From NCBI GenBank assembly GCA_002189035.1, contig NEEC01000011.1, positions 2,914,001 through 2,978,000 on the forward strand: a DNA stretch of 64,000 bases, given 5' to 3'. The notes under the pieces are model-generated. The model saw nothing but the letters and a program-made list of their open reading frames with translations, was not told the origin of the DNA and ran no database searches. The position numbers and the translations under genes were made by a program. Source of the DNA: Utricularia gibba. Its lineage: Eukaryota > Plantae > Magnoliophyta. Positions 24,484 to 36,751 of the stretch are shown piece by piece. Positions within the stretch are counted from its first letter, which is position 1. Every line of letters starts with the position of its first letter.

Positions 24484-25551
24484 TGGATCACCGCACCCTA
24501 AAGAAACTCTCTGCTAGCAAATAAAACCATGGTAAGCGAGTAGCACAACATCATATGCTTTATTTGAGTTGCAGAACTTTCCAAAACTAACAAATCATGC
24601 CCACAAAAAAAACTGAAATGATTCATGGATGTGGGACTCAAAACCTAACCTTTTTGCAAGAAAAGGAATACAGATAAAAAAAAAAAACAAACAAAGCTTT
24701 TCTGCAAGGAAACATCCTTCGTTAAGAAGTTGAGCCTCTAACTTACAATCGCTAGAAAAACAAAGATTTTGATCACAAGAAACCCAGAGTCAATCCGTAT
24801 TCAAGGCCGCAAAATCGAGTCAGACATCAGATCTTATTCACAAAGAATTATCACTTCGTTCTATACCAACCCGGGATTCCAACCAAAACGCGCACAGGAG
24901 AGCATGGATCCGATAGAATTCAAACAGAATCAAAAGCCCTAATACAAACCAAAGCCAAAACTCACCGCCCAACTAATCGTAGACCACCGCCGACCAATTG
25001 GAGGAGAAAGCGCTCTGTTTAGAGAAAATAAATCCAGGAAAAGAATATCAGCTTCCTTCCAGAGAGTTCCAGATTCTCTACGCCAAGTCACGGATTCTAC
25101 CACGCAGACAAAACGTCAACCATCCCCTCATGAATATTTGACTTTTCTCAAAAAATGGACAAAAAAAAAAACAGCCATTTTATTAGTTCAATCACAAGTT
25201 ATTGCTCAAAAAAGATGTCTTGTATATGTTCGAAACCGATGTGGGAGTGTGCTGACATGCTCTATTTAGATGATCTATCATTATTCATCTGTGTTCAAAA
25301 CCAGTTGTTTGTTCTTTGATTTTGGTATATGAACGTCATTTTTCACTCGCACCAACTACAAAAAGCACAAGCCATTGCCATTTTGCACCATTCACAGAGA
25401 TTCCCAATTCGAAATGTATCAGCACCAGGCATGAAAAGTGAATACAAAGTTTACATTAGTGAATTTACATCGCTATAAAACAGGAAACTGGGAGATTTTC
25501 AGCAAATGGATCTGATATCAGCAGCTATTTCACTTCTCATGACTTTGAATA

Positions 25552-26742
25552 TCATGAAAATATACCTGCATCACTGTTATCCTCTGTGGATTCATGAGGG
25601 TAGTTGATGATCTTCTTAAGAAGCAAAGTCCTGGCCATTCTTGTTTCTTGGAAGCACTTGTTGGCATAGCTGCTCACTTCGCTGATGGTCTTGAAGAAGC
25701 TCACCGCCTCGTTCCTGATCTCCTCCACAGCTGAAAACACCTCTTCTTCCGTGGTCCCATGCATTGCGAAATCGGTGTTCGCTATCAACCAGTGTAATGC
25801 AATTTGGAACTTCTCTATGTGAGCTCTAATGTTCTCCAAGTCCTTGATCACTATCCTGGTTCCCATATGCATCAAATCCGTTATCTCCAGTTGTTGCTTC
25901 AAGTCCTTTTCATACTTTTTCCATGTTGAGTTCAGCCATTTTCCCATGGGTGCCATCGGCACAGACAATGCCGCCGCTACAGCCGCCGCGACTGGAGGGG
26001 CGGCAACCGCGGCTGCCACCACAGAGCATATCACAACAGTTGCAAAAGCAGCAATGAATATGACATTGGAGATTCTCCTGTAAGTTGTCGTTTCAGCCAA
26101 TTTGGTGTTGATTCTGCTCCTGCCCACCTGCAATCTCTCCAACATCGAACGATGGCGAGAGGAAACAGAACCGAATACTCTAAAGAAATCCTCTGTAAAT
26201 GGATCCCCAACATTCTTCAGATTATCCAACTTATCCAAAGTTTTGGTGTATCTTCTCGAGCACCCATTTTCAGGAACAGACGAATTTTCTTCTTTGAAGT
26301 TATGCAAAGCGACATTGATGATGGATTCAAAGTGGCCAGCACGTTGAAGGCAAGAATTGAGCGACGTACAGAAATCCAAAGTTAAAAGACTGTTATCCAA
26401 GTAATCCTCAACAAGATCATACAACTCCTTGTTCTTCCAAACATCCTCTTTATTCTTCAAAATCATTTTCACCACATCGTGATTCACTTCAAGCAAGCAC
26501 TCAATTACCTGGGTAACTGATTCCAGCGACAAGGACCCGTCATTGAACCCTCCAGCAATGGAGTTAATTGCTCGGCTCGTTTGCGCTTGAAGAGAGGTGT
26601 CAAAGTTTCTTAGCGCGTAATCCGAGCGGTAAGTAGCCTCGTACATTCTCAGGTCCGCGTCTAATACGCCGGCCGGCAGTACAGCCGCATCGGGTATCCC
26701 CGGGTGTTCGGAGGTAGGGAATCGGCTCACACAGGCACCCAT
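25552..26742 (-). CDS. UPF0496 (DUF677) membrane protein, intronless
   Basis: 396-aa ORF with ELYDLVEDYLDNSLLTLDFCTSL, GDPFTEDFF, TM segment IFIAAFATVVICSVVAAAVAAPPV and PMGKWLNSTWKKYE. Confidence 0.9.
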   Translation of the reverse strand: MGACVSRFPTSEHPGIPDAAVLPAGVLDADLRMYEATYRSDYALRNFDTSLQAQTSRAINSIAGGFNDGSLSLESVTQVIECLLEVNHDVVKMILKNKEDVWKNKELYDLVEDYLDNSLLTLDFCTSLNSCLQRAGHFESIINVALHNFKEENSSVPENGCSRRYTKTLDKLDNLKNVGDPFTEDFFRVFGSVSSRHRSMLERLQVGRSRINTKLAETTTYRRISNVIFIAAFATVVICSVVAAAVAAPPVAAAVAAALSVPMAPMGKWLNSTWKKYEKDLKQQLEITDLMHMGTRIVIKDLENIRAHIEKFQIALHWLIANTDFAMHGTTEEEVFSAVEEIRNEAVSFFKTISEVSSYANKCFQETRMARTLLLKKIINYPHESTEDNSDAGIFS

Positions 26743-27377
26743 TATTTAGTCAATCGGAAGAAGAGAAGCCTCCGGCGCCGGCATTCGCCTATCGCAGTGG
26801 AGTACCGCGGCTGCGTCGACGAAGAAGGACTGACCTAGTCAACCATCGTCAATCAGCTGCACGTAGGGGTTTAGTTTTTCATATCCTTATTTAAAGACAC
26901 TCTCTCCCCCTTTAACATTCATTTTATACTTTTGTTTTTTTAAAGAATATCAATTCGTGTTAATAATAATATTATTTTTGAAATATTTGTATATTTCTGA
27001 CAATTATATTCAAATTTTATTAATTAAAATAGTTTTAGGGTTTTTTTTATTAACTCTGAAGAAATTATTTCAATATATTTCATCTAGAAATTCAAATTTC
27101 TGACATTTAATATATCGGACGAGGTATTAGATGAGACCACAACAAGCTTTAATAATGTACGAATGCATGTTACTAACCCTAATTTCATGATACAAAAAAT
27201 ATTTTCAATGAATTAAATGAACGACAGCGAACCGGAATATCGTACTATGGCAACATGCTGATTATTAAAAACGCCTAGACAGGAAGCTCAAAGGTGTCCA
27301 ATTTTAATACCAATGCAGATAAATGAAAGCTAGAGCTTCTTACCCTGTTTTTCCTATTTGTTGAGTGGCTTCTTCAC

Positions 27378-29201
27378 TCACCTAAACCACCATCTTTGTG
27401 CCATGGCAATTGGGGAGTTTAAGAAGGGAGCGTAGCGTTGAACCAAGGGGTTGACGAGCCTCCCAATGTTGGTCCATGTGCTCTGATGATAACCAGAAGT
27501 GGCAGGAGCGTTGTACATGAGCTTCAGAAGCTACAATCAGGAGGAAAAAAGAGAAGGATTAGAGTGTTTTTTGGTTCCATTGGACAATGCCATCTGAACT
27601 GACAGGTTAGAAGAACTGGTGGATTGATTACCTGCCAATACATGAGTGTTTGTAGGATATTGCGCTGCCGCCTGCATGAAGAATACGGCTAACTATTTAT
27701 CATCTTCATCAAAGAGGTATAAGGGAGAGTAGAGTCAGAAGAAATCCAGTTCCTATCTCAGCTTGGGAGGATAGGATGCTGAGAGTTGTTACATTCGATT
27801 CAACCCATACACAAGCTTCTTCTAGGTACTTCCTGTGGAAATGTCCATAAAATACACAATAAGTTATCAAAGCAAAACTCAAAGCATACAAAGAGCTGAA
27901 CTTTGGGTTGTTACCGATACAAGTGGGACCTGGTGAAGTTTCGTCTCAGGAACTTGGCTACATGCTCAACAGCACGGGATAATATTGGAAGTAAAGCAAC
28001 TGTCAAAATTTTGTAGCAGAATAAAATGTACGATGCAGCAAGAGAAGGTATGAGAAACTGAAACAATGTGAATGTACTAACACTTGAGGCACAAATTCGA
28101 GGTTAAGAAAGTTATGCAGTATATTGAGTGGATAAAATCCTTCGTAGCCGCGACAGATTGAAACCAGACTTGCAACGCTTGTAGATCCCATGCTCTAGGT
28201 TTCTGTAGATATGGAAGGTCCCTTTAGGATCTAATTTGAGCATCATAACAAAATAAACGTACAAAAAATCTGTGTTACCCCATATAACGAATACAAAGAA
28301 TAAAGGGATGAGCATAATGTGCCGAGTAAGGAGAGCCGATATGCCCGAGTTGAAAGATTAACTGGCGTGAGTGGTAGTATAGCAAGAATTCCCACAAAGA
28401 AAACCTGCAAGATCAAAGATGTCATGCCTTGAACCATTCCGAACTACTACTCTATAGCTTTACAGACGAAAGTAGACCTCCTGAGCCATCACAAGACTTT
28501 GGAGTTATCTACATCACATTAAGTTATCCATAGTTCTAAACTTCGATGAGTAGTAACAGCGTACCCAAGCATTGACCGAAAATTGAATGGTTCGCTGATC
28601 CCATTGCAGTGATGCAGCGCTGGTAGGTGAAGTTGTAGCCGCCCCTTGTGTTCTCCCAGAGGAACCTGAAAGGATTCATTTCAGAATGCTCACCCAAATG
28701 AAGATACTGCGACATATAGTACTGATCACTTAAAAAACAACGGAAAAAAGGTAATCTATTCGTCATTTCCCTGTCAACACAGACAGATTAAATTCTACAC
28801 CTGTACTCCGCTGGCGAGTACTGCTACTACTACTACTACTAGAATTGGGCGGTGATGCAGACCGTGGAGGAGTTGAGGGGTTTGCAGACGAGGAAGCAGC
28901 AGAACTACCCCCATTGGCTCCACAATTAGTTCAGGATCCTGTCAATCACCCGTATAAAAGATACAAAAATATCCAGGCACCGACTAAAAAGATGAAAAGA
29001 AAAAGATCAGCGAAAGAGACGGACGATATAACGCTGGTAAAACTTGCGCTTAAAGTGGTCAACGACGCTATCGAGGGAGGCCATATGCGGCGGGATGAGC
29101 AAGTTTGACCAATAATCCGCCCACCGCGAGTCGTTCTCATAGTCGTACGTCTCCGCCGCAATCCTCCGCAAAATTTGATTCTCCCCGTCTTCACCGCCCA
29201 T
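27378..29201 (-). CDS. TMEM33/Pom33 (UPF0121) homolog, multi-exon
   Basis: Exon 1 MGGEDGENQILRRIAAETYDYENDSRWADYWSNLLIPPHMAS...FKRKFYQRYI; internal FFVGILAILPLTP...AYRLSLLGTLCSSLYSLYSLYG; last exon LLKLMYNAPATSGYHQSTW...QRWWFR*. Confidence 0.88.
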
Positions 29202-29461
29202 CACTTTCCGATCGTCCGGTGTACTGTTAACTTCCTCTAAAGAGCGATTATTTGTTGTATTCCTTCTGGAAAAGGCCCATCGTTGGCCCAAAAAATAAAG
29301 CCCAACATTTACAAGATCCAGTATATTAGAAAGAGTGCGGACCACAAGAACCCCAGAAAGCAGAAACAGCTCAAACAACAGAAGAAAGGTAGCAAGCACA
29401 CATATGGAATGTACACAGAAAGCAACATTCGCTCATCTTCCAAGTTGCACTTCCAGAAGAT

Positions 29462-31612
29462 TTAATGACAGTAATGCCTGAACCAACAAAGCTTTTGGGA
29501 TGTGTTTCTATGGTCTTCTAGACCCTGTCTACTGTGGATCCACCACAGAAGATTGGTTAAGGAGTTCCCATCATCATGCCCATGTAAACTCCTAATCTTC
29601 TGCAAAGCTCCATCTGGATCATATATACCTTGGAGTGCATAAACAAATCCCCTCCATCCTTCGCCTACTCCTTGCCGAGATAAGGCCGGCAAAGTCCAGT
29701 CCACAACTTGCTTCACGAATTCTGTATCAGAGAACAAGGCTTCACTGATGGGAAGAATAGGGAGTAACTGGATTCCAAGTCGGCATTCTCTCCAGTCAGG
29801 TGGAGCGAACCACAAAGCGCTGTCTCGTTTGTTGGACCACAAAACACCCACAATCCGGTTCTCTTGAGTAAATTGTGTGGGGTAGATGTTGTCTCCTTGC
29901 TTTACATGCCACCAGGTCTGCGCAGCTTGAATTTCCAGTGCAGATAGCGTTGAACCTATGGAGACAAGGTGACTGTCTCCATAGGCCAACCCCATTAGAG
30001 CTGCAGAGTAGTAGGCATTCAGAGCCTCGCTTGTGCTCTCCTGGTTACGACCATCTGCGAATTCGGTAAGCCCTCCAGCCCAAGAATGCAGCTTCCACAG
30101 ATCAAAGCATCTCAAACGAGTGTAATTTGAGTTTGACCCCCTTTTCAAGTTCATGTAATCAGCTATAAGGGCATAAGCCTGGGGCTTGTACTTCCTTCCC
30201 CAAGCCGTATCTATCTTAGCAAGCACAGAGATGGCATAGATAAAGTAGCCAATGTGGTAATGGTGATCATTATAAACTCCAAAACCAAAATCTGCACCAG
30301 AGTCTATCGATCCTTGTTTAGTCACAAGTCCACCCCACTTAGAGTCATAGAAGAAACCATTTCCAGGAAAAGTTCCCTCTAACCAGGGCTCAATTGTGGC
30401 TTTCAGAAACTTCTTAACTGCTGGAATAACATCAGGATAGCATACTTCATCAGCTATAAGTGCAAGTCTAGCAGCTCTAGCTATCCATTTCCCATAAAAG
30501 TATGATGAAGATGTGGTTACAGTAGGAGGATCCAATGACTGGACATCTTTTACCAATGAGTCAATGATTTCAGGAAAAATCCCCTCTTCAATCCCTTTGA
30601 TAGAATGCCATGTGATAGAAATTGGATCACTTTTGAGAACCCATGAATCTGCGATCACGCCCACAAGTTCTCCATCTATGGTGTTGTACTTAAAGTTCTC
30701 AAGAACAGAAACTGAGCAATCTAAATATGATAGAAGCTGAAGATGCAGAGGGTGTGCAAGCATTAACAAATCTCCCCACCCTCTCTTCTCCCATATATAC
30801 TCCAAACTAAACGACCTTGAAAAAACAGCATCTCCACTCACAGGGTAGCAAGAACTGAACCTATCCAGAACATCCTCAGTGTCGGGATTATTATCAGGCA
30901 ATGCAGCTATTCTGATTATTCCGCAAAACTCCCCAGAGGTAATCGTGTTAACATCATTGCTTAAATTTATAGAGGAAGAAGCATAGAGCAGCCACCGCTG
31001 ATTGTTATTGAGCTTAATAGTGTACTTGGTGCGAGAAGTGTTCGGAGTCAATTCAAGAATGGCATGAATAGTTGAAATCGATAGCATAACACTGCTCATC
31101 GCATTGAAAGTCAGAAAGGGACTCCCACGAACTAAAAAGAATCTCAAATTGCTGTAAGGAAAGTCCAGTGTAACACTGAGATCACTAAACGAAGAAATGA
31201 CATGTTTTGCAGACCGGTTTTGTTGGTTAAGGCTAGATATCGTGAGGTCAGGAACAAATACCTGGTAAAAGAACACTGGATTGTCGACCAACGACGGATA
31301 GCAAATAGACAGCTTAGATTCCGACGATTTAATCAAATAAGGATGTATATATTCTGGTTGATCGCCGTTTTTGAGAACAAGGTTTTGGAAAAATGAGTTC
31401 GTGGGCAGAGGCGCGGAGAGCAAATCAGGAGCGAAGAATGAAGAAGGATCAGGAAGAACATTTGACTGCACTCCCGGAAATAGAAATGGGTGACTACGAG
31501 CAGCGCTTGTCGGCGGAGACATGGCGGAGTCGGCTGAGGGCCGCGGTCGCTGCTTTGGTCGGGATAGTCGTCGAATCAGTTTACCAGCTCTTCTTCTAAG
31601 CTTAACCAACAT
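29462..31612 (-). CDS. GH81 endo-1,3-beta-glucanase / beta-glucan-elicitor-binding-like protein, intronless
   Basis: 716 aa; PLPTNSFFQN, ADFGFGVYNDHHYHIGYF, catalytic DGRNQESTSEALNAYY, DDGNSLTNLLWWIHSR. Confidence 0.95.
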   Translation of the reverse strand: MLVKLRRRAGKLIRRLSRPKQRPRPSADSAMSPPTSAARSHPFLFPGVQSNVLPDPSSFFAPDLLSAPLPTNSFFQNLVLKNGDQPEYIHPYLIKSSESKLSICYPSLVDNPVFFYQVFVPDLTISSLNQQNRSAKHVISSFSDLSVTLDFPYSNLRFFLVRGSPFLTFNAMSSVMLSISTIHAILELTPNTSRTKYTIKLNNNQRWLLYASSSINLSNDVNTITSGEFCGIIRIAALPDNNPDTEDVLDRFSSCYPVSGDAVFSRSFSLEYIWEKRGWGDLLMLAHPLHLQLLSYLDCSVSVLENFKYNTIDGELVGVIADSWVLKSDPISITWHSIKGIEEGIFPEIIDSLVKDVQSLDPPTVTTSSSYFYGKWIARAARLALIADEVCYPDVIPAVKKFLKATIEPWLEGTFPGNGFFYDSKWGGLVTKQGSIDSGADFGFGVYNDHHYHIGYFIYAISVLAKIDTAWGRKYKPQAYALIADYMNLKRGSNSNYTRLRCFDLWKLHSWAGGLTEFADGRNQESTSEALNAYYSAALMGLAYGDSHLVSIGSTLSALEIQAAQTWWHVKQGDNIYPTQFTQENRIVGVLWSNKRDSALWFAPPDWRECRLGIQLLPILPISEALFSDTEFVKQVVDWTLPALSRQGVGEGWRGFVYALQGIYDPDGALQKIRSLHGHDDGNSLTNLLWWIHSRQGLEDHRNTSQKLCWFRHYCH

Positions 31613-32120
31613 GATGGCGTAGCTTTAAATACAGTTGAAAACTTCTGGGCGAATTGCCGATTATTCAAACCTTCGGGGGGGAAACTGCAATTTTATAGAA
31701 TTAATGACGCGTGCTGACACTTCCTGGGACTAGAAGCTGAAACTTGTGGCCTGTGTGTAAGTTTCCGAAAACGCCCAAAACGACTGTCGTTCCTCACCTG
31801 ATAACCGAAGGAAACGCTCACGGCGGTCGGCCGCCTGCCGCGGTGGTCGGAGAGAAACCCGAAGCCCCGCAAGACGAATCGGAAACGAGTCGAGAAGAAA
31901 CAGAATGGTTTGCGTGTTGTTCCTGGCTCAGATTATTATCCTACTCTCGGCTCCAGTTTCTTGCCTTGCACTCATGACGCAAGGCATCCATCCGGACAAG
32001 GTGGACACATGGATGGGCCTTTTGGTATTTTCACATATTGAGCTTAATTATTATATTGTAAATAATTAAATACAAATAGATCGAAATCCTATTGGTCTCC
32101 ATAGGCTCGGGCCGGGCCCC

Positions 32121-32495
32121 TCAGTTGTGCACCCCCATGGACCCCTTCACCGACTCAGCCGCCCGCTCTGCCTTCGCCTGCATCTGCTGCCCGCTCTACG
32201 CCCAGTCCACATTAATAAATTTATCATTTTTTATTTTTTATATCACATATTAAAATAAAAATTAATATTTAATAAACTACATTTAAATAATAATAAAGAA
32301 AACCTCGTGGATGGATTCTTTGGCGGACTGGGCTGTCGCCTTCACGTCCTCCACCATCTGGCTGCTCTTCTCCTGATCAAATACACGCATTAATTAATTA
32401 ATTATCTTTAAAAAAAGAAAATAAATATATAATAATTTGACCTGGGCTTGGGCCTTGGCCTCACCGGCCTCATGATTGGCTCTTGCACTGTCCAT
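32121..32495 (-). CDS. Small LEA/stress hydrophilin, 65 aa, 3 exons (32495-32442, 32372-32304, 32195-32121)
   Basis: MDSARANHEAGEAKAQAQ|EKSSQMVEDVKATAQSAKESIHE|SGQQMQAKAERAAESVKGSMGVHN*; all introns phase 0 GT-AG and AT-rich; TATA-like TTTAAATA upstream. Confidence 0.88.
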
Positions 32496-33713
32496 TGTCT
32501 TGTCCGAGACTGCGATCGTGTACTGATTTGTGTGGAGCGGATGGGTCGTATTTAAAGGGTTGGCGTGCGATTTTCGCGGGATATTGTGCGGCTGTGATTT
32601 AATTCGGGAAAAAATTAGGGATCTAGGGTCATGACCCGCTCCACATCCTTAAATTCAATTTTCGGAATATTAATATTTTGGATTTTCTGATTGCAACGTC
32701 ATATTTTATAATTATTGAAAAGTCGATATTATACGTTTAATTATTTTCAAGTATTTAACATGCAAAACACATGTTAAAATTATTTAATTTTATTTTAATA
32801 ATGGGAAGGGAGTTCCACGTAGTATTCACCGATAAAGAAGGGAAAACGAAGACGGACTCTCTTGTCTCCTCATTTCACAAGTTGCGTTGTGGATTTGTTG
32901 TCGGAATGATTCGGATCAGGAAGGCAGCTCATACCCCCGACGGCAGTCGTGTATATCAGCATTAATGAACTGGATCATCTTGAGTATGAGTTTGCTTTCG
33001 ATTTTGCCACTGTAAGATTTGGACTACATTTGGAAAAATCACTGCATAATTGATTTTGAAAGAAATAAAAATTCTGATAAAATAGGAATTAATAGACGTT
33101 TTCAACCGTTTTTATAGAATGATTCTTTTAAAATGATGTTTGTTTGGAATATTAAAAATTGAAATTGATTTTAATAATTAAATGACATATTTATCCATAT
33201 ATATTAATAATTATATTTTATAAAATTATAATTTAAAAATATTTTGTACATATTATTTGTATTATAAAAATATTATATAATTTTTAAGTTATAACTTACA
33301 TAATTAATTTAATCTAAATATATTTATATTAAATTATAATTTAAAAATTAAGTTAATTAAATTATTTATAATATTATTAATTATAATTATTTATAAGAAT
33401 ATAGTCTTAATTTTATTTTTAAAATCAATTCTCATGGAAAACCTACTTATTATAAAAATGAATTGATTCTAAAAAATTAAATATGGAAGACTAGAATTTG
33501 ATATATATTTGAAATGCATACTCAATTCTATTCAAAATCATTCATACTTTTTTCAAAACGTGGATTTGGTTGATTCTCGATGATACACGTGGCCGTTGAA
33601 TCTGTAAGAAAACGGCAGGAAAATCAAACGCCTGTATTAAGTTGGCGTTTCCGGGTGCAGTTTCCTGTGTTTTAGGGGGTGTGGTGGGTGTTGGCTATCT
33701 TGGGGAAGCAAAA

Positions 33714-35358
33714 ATGATGGCCGGCCGGAGCGTCCGCCGCGGGCTCAGCGGCATCGCGCGCTCCTCCGTAACCGGCGTTGCGTCGGCGAGCAGATTCGTC
33801 GATGAGATAAGGTCAACGACGGGTACACGTGAAGTCGGCGTCAATTTCGACGATACCCAGGAGCTATTCGCCTCTCGTTCCACCTTGGAGCTGATCAAGT
33901 CGATGATCACGCTTCGTTTGGTCGGAATGAAGTGTACGGCTGATTTCGGATCGTGGGCTTTGAATCCGAAGCGTATGGCGGATCCCCTGTGGCGGAAGAT
34001 GGTGTTGGGGGCGACGGAGCGCACTTTTTACGACCATTTTTGCGCTGGAAAAGATTTAGAGGCCGCGGCGGCGACGTTGGAGAAGCTCCGGCGAGATGGG
34101 TTTTACGGGATGCTGGATTATGGGTTAGAACACGCCGATGACAGCGTTTCCTGTGACGAAAATCTGTCGGAGTTTCTTCGAACAATCGACGCAGTTTCAT
34201 CTTCATCTCTCCCTGTAAGTTCTTCCCCAATCCTCGTTCACTTCGTCTGCTCTCGTGTTTCATCGGGTTTATTCACAATCTCAGGTGAGCTTCGTCGTGG
34301 TGAAAATTACAGCAATCTGCCCACCAAGATTGCTGAAAAGAGTAAGCGATCTTCTGAGATGGGAATACAGAGACGAAGACAACACCAATCTCCCATGGAA
34401 GCTCAAAACTCTACCAATTTTCTCTGATTCGAGCCCCTTTTACCACACCCTCAAAAAGCCTGACTCTTTAACCAAACAAGAAGAAGATGAAATCAATGTT
34501 GCCTACGAAAGACTCTCCAAGATTTGCAAAAAAAGCACAGAATCAAATGTGCCCCTGCTTATCGACGCAGAGGACACATCCATTCAGCCTGGAATAGATT
34601 ACTTCACATACTCAGCAGCTATTGAACACAGCAGGGGGGACAAATTCCCACTCATCTACAACACAATTCAGGCATACTTGAAAGATGCATCACAGAGATT
34701 AGTCGCAGCAAAGAAAGCTGCCGATGAAATGAAAATCCCTTTGGGTTTTAAGCTCGTCAGAGGAGCCTATATGTCGATTGAGAACAAGTTTGCTGCTTCC
34801 AGAGAAGCTGATTCTCCAATCCATGGCTCCATCGAGGAAACCCACGCGTGTTACAATAACTGCGCCGAGTTTCTGCTCCAAGAGGTCGCGAGTGGCTCCG
34901 GTTTCGCCGTTCTCGCGACGCATAACATCGAATCAGGTAACATTCTGACAACGAACAGGGTGAATTCGCATGATCCCATGTCTTGAAAACCATCCCTTTT
35001 CTACAGGTAAACTGGCTGCTCGTAAGGCAAGTGATCTGGGAATCAACAGAGCCACCCAAAGTCTACAATTCGCTCAGCTCTACGGCATGGCCGAGGTTCT
35101 GTCCGATGGTCTGAGAAACGCGGGCTTCAGGGTAAGTAAGTATCTGCCGTTTGGCCCCGTGGAGCAAATCATCCCTTACCTTCTGAGGCGAGCTGAAGAA
35201 AACAGGGGCGTCTTGTCTGCTTCTGCCGTGGACAGGAAACTGATGAGGTACAAAAGCTTCTTTCCCGGTAACAATCAATAGATTCTTCAAGTAATATCTG
35301 TTTTCCCTGTCGCTGCAGTAAGGAGGTGCTCAGGAGATTGAAGTCTCTTGGTTCTTGA
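33714..35358 (+). CDS. ProDH: Proline dehydrogenase (mitochondrial), 4 exons (33714-34214, 34285-34936, 35007-35247, 35319-35358)
   Basis: FYDHFCAGKD, GMLDYGLEHA, VKITAICPP, LLIDAEDTSIQPGIDYF, KLVRGAYM, LATHNIESG, FAQLYGMAE, SKYLPFGPV..IIPYLLRRAEENRG. Confidence 0.95.
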
Positions 35359-36370
35359 AGTGGAATCCTGTGTCACTGTGTGTTCCGATCAGTTGCAGAA
35401 GAAGTCAACCTGCACGTCTCCTCCTACATTAAAGCGTAGTGAGGACTTGGAAATGAAAATGTAGTCCAAATTTTTATCACATGAAAATAATAAAAATTAC
35501 AATTTATCATAATTTTGGACGAATTTAATAAAGCCAACTGTCACGTCAATTTAATTAATTAATATTACTGCAATTAAATCGTCTTGAATTACAATTAAGT
35601 CGGTTTGAATTTATTTTTTAATGATTTAAAATAGTGGGATATGTTCAAATGGAATAATTTTCTAATTTCAATTATTTTTAAAAATTAAGAGAATCCGTAA
35701 AAGGCGGGGACTAGGAAAAGAACGGTGCGCCCAAGCGCCGTGATGCGCACGCATGAGGGTAGAACGGTAAAAGGACTAGTGAGCAATGTTCGGAGGAGGG
35801 TGTTTGTGTAATTTTGGTGGGGTTGGTCACGCCCTTGTTGATGCCTCCACCTCGTGTTCTATATAAAGGACGTTTCGGCACCCCTGCAGGCACGAATCTT
35901 TCACGCGGTTTGCGTCCTCAGGGCTGTCGCATTTTCTGTTCTCCGCTTGACGTCTCTCGTTCGCGAACTCGCATTTTGGTTTCGTTGATTTGGTTCTCAT
36001 CGTATACCTGATTTTGAATCTGTGAGTGTTGGATGATTGATTAATTTGATCTTGTTTTTGTTTGTTGGGGATTATAAGGGTTTGGTTCTTGAAAATTGTT
36101 GACAGAAACCAAAATTTGGCATTTTGTTTCGTTTCGTATTTCGCGGTTCTGTTTGATGGTAGTATAGTGCGATTTTGGTTTGGTTTGATTAGGCTGTATA
36201 TTCTTTGATGCGAGGATATATCATATTGGTTTGGTCATGGAGCGTTTTTCATTCCTTTTAGAATATTGGGAGTTTTTCGATGATTCTTCTTGTTTGTTGC
36301 TTTCTTTTTCAGATCTCCATTTATCTGACATGCTATTTGGTTGGTTTTACAGTGAAAAATTGAATGTCCT

Positions 36371-36618
36371 ATGGAGTCAAAGGGTGGGAAGAAGAAGTCT
36401 AGCAGTAGTTCGTCATTGTTCTATGAAGCTCCCCTTGGTTACAGCATTGAATACGTTCGCCCCCACGGAGGAATCAAGAAATTCCGATCTGCTGCATACT
36501 CCAACGTGAGTTACACCTTCATATGTTCATCATGAGTTTTATTTCTTTTATGTTTATTTGCTTTATCATTAACGTTGATTTTGGTAATGAAATGCAGTGC
36601 GCTCGAAAGCCATCCTGA
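36371..36618 (+). CDS. SAMDC conserved small uORF peptide, 51 aa, 2 exons (36371-36505, 36598-36618)
   Basis: MESKGGKKKSSSSSSLFYEAPLGYSIEYVRPHGGIKKFRSAAYSN|CARKPS*; the conserved polyamine-responsive uORF with its usual intron. Confidence 0.92.
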
Positions 36619-36751
36619 GATTCCCTAAAGCTTTCCAGAAACCACCTGCTGTCGTTTGAATAATCGTCTCCCTAGCTCCTTTGCGCTCTTTTTTTTTATT
36701 TCATAATTGCTACTTTCTTTTTCAAGCATCACCTCTGCATAATCAGTGAAG

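Noticed and set aside
33100-33540. AT-rich tract with GTTTGG and AATTGATT/AATCAATT motifs suggestive of a MITE
   Set aside because: No matching second terminus or target-site duplication.
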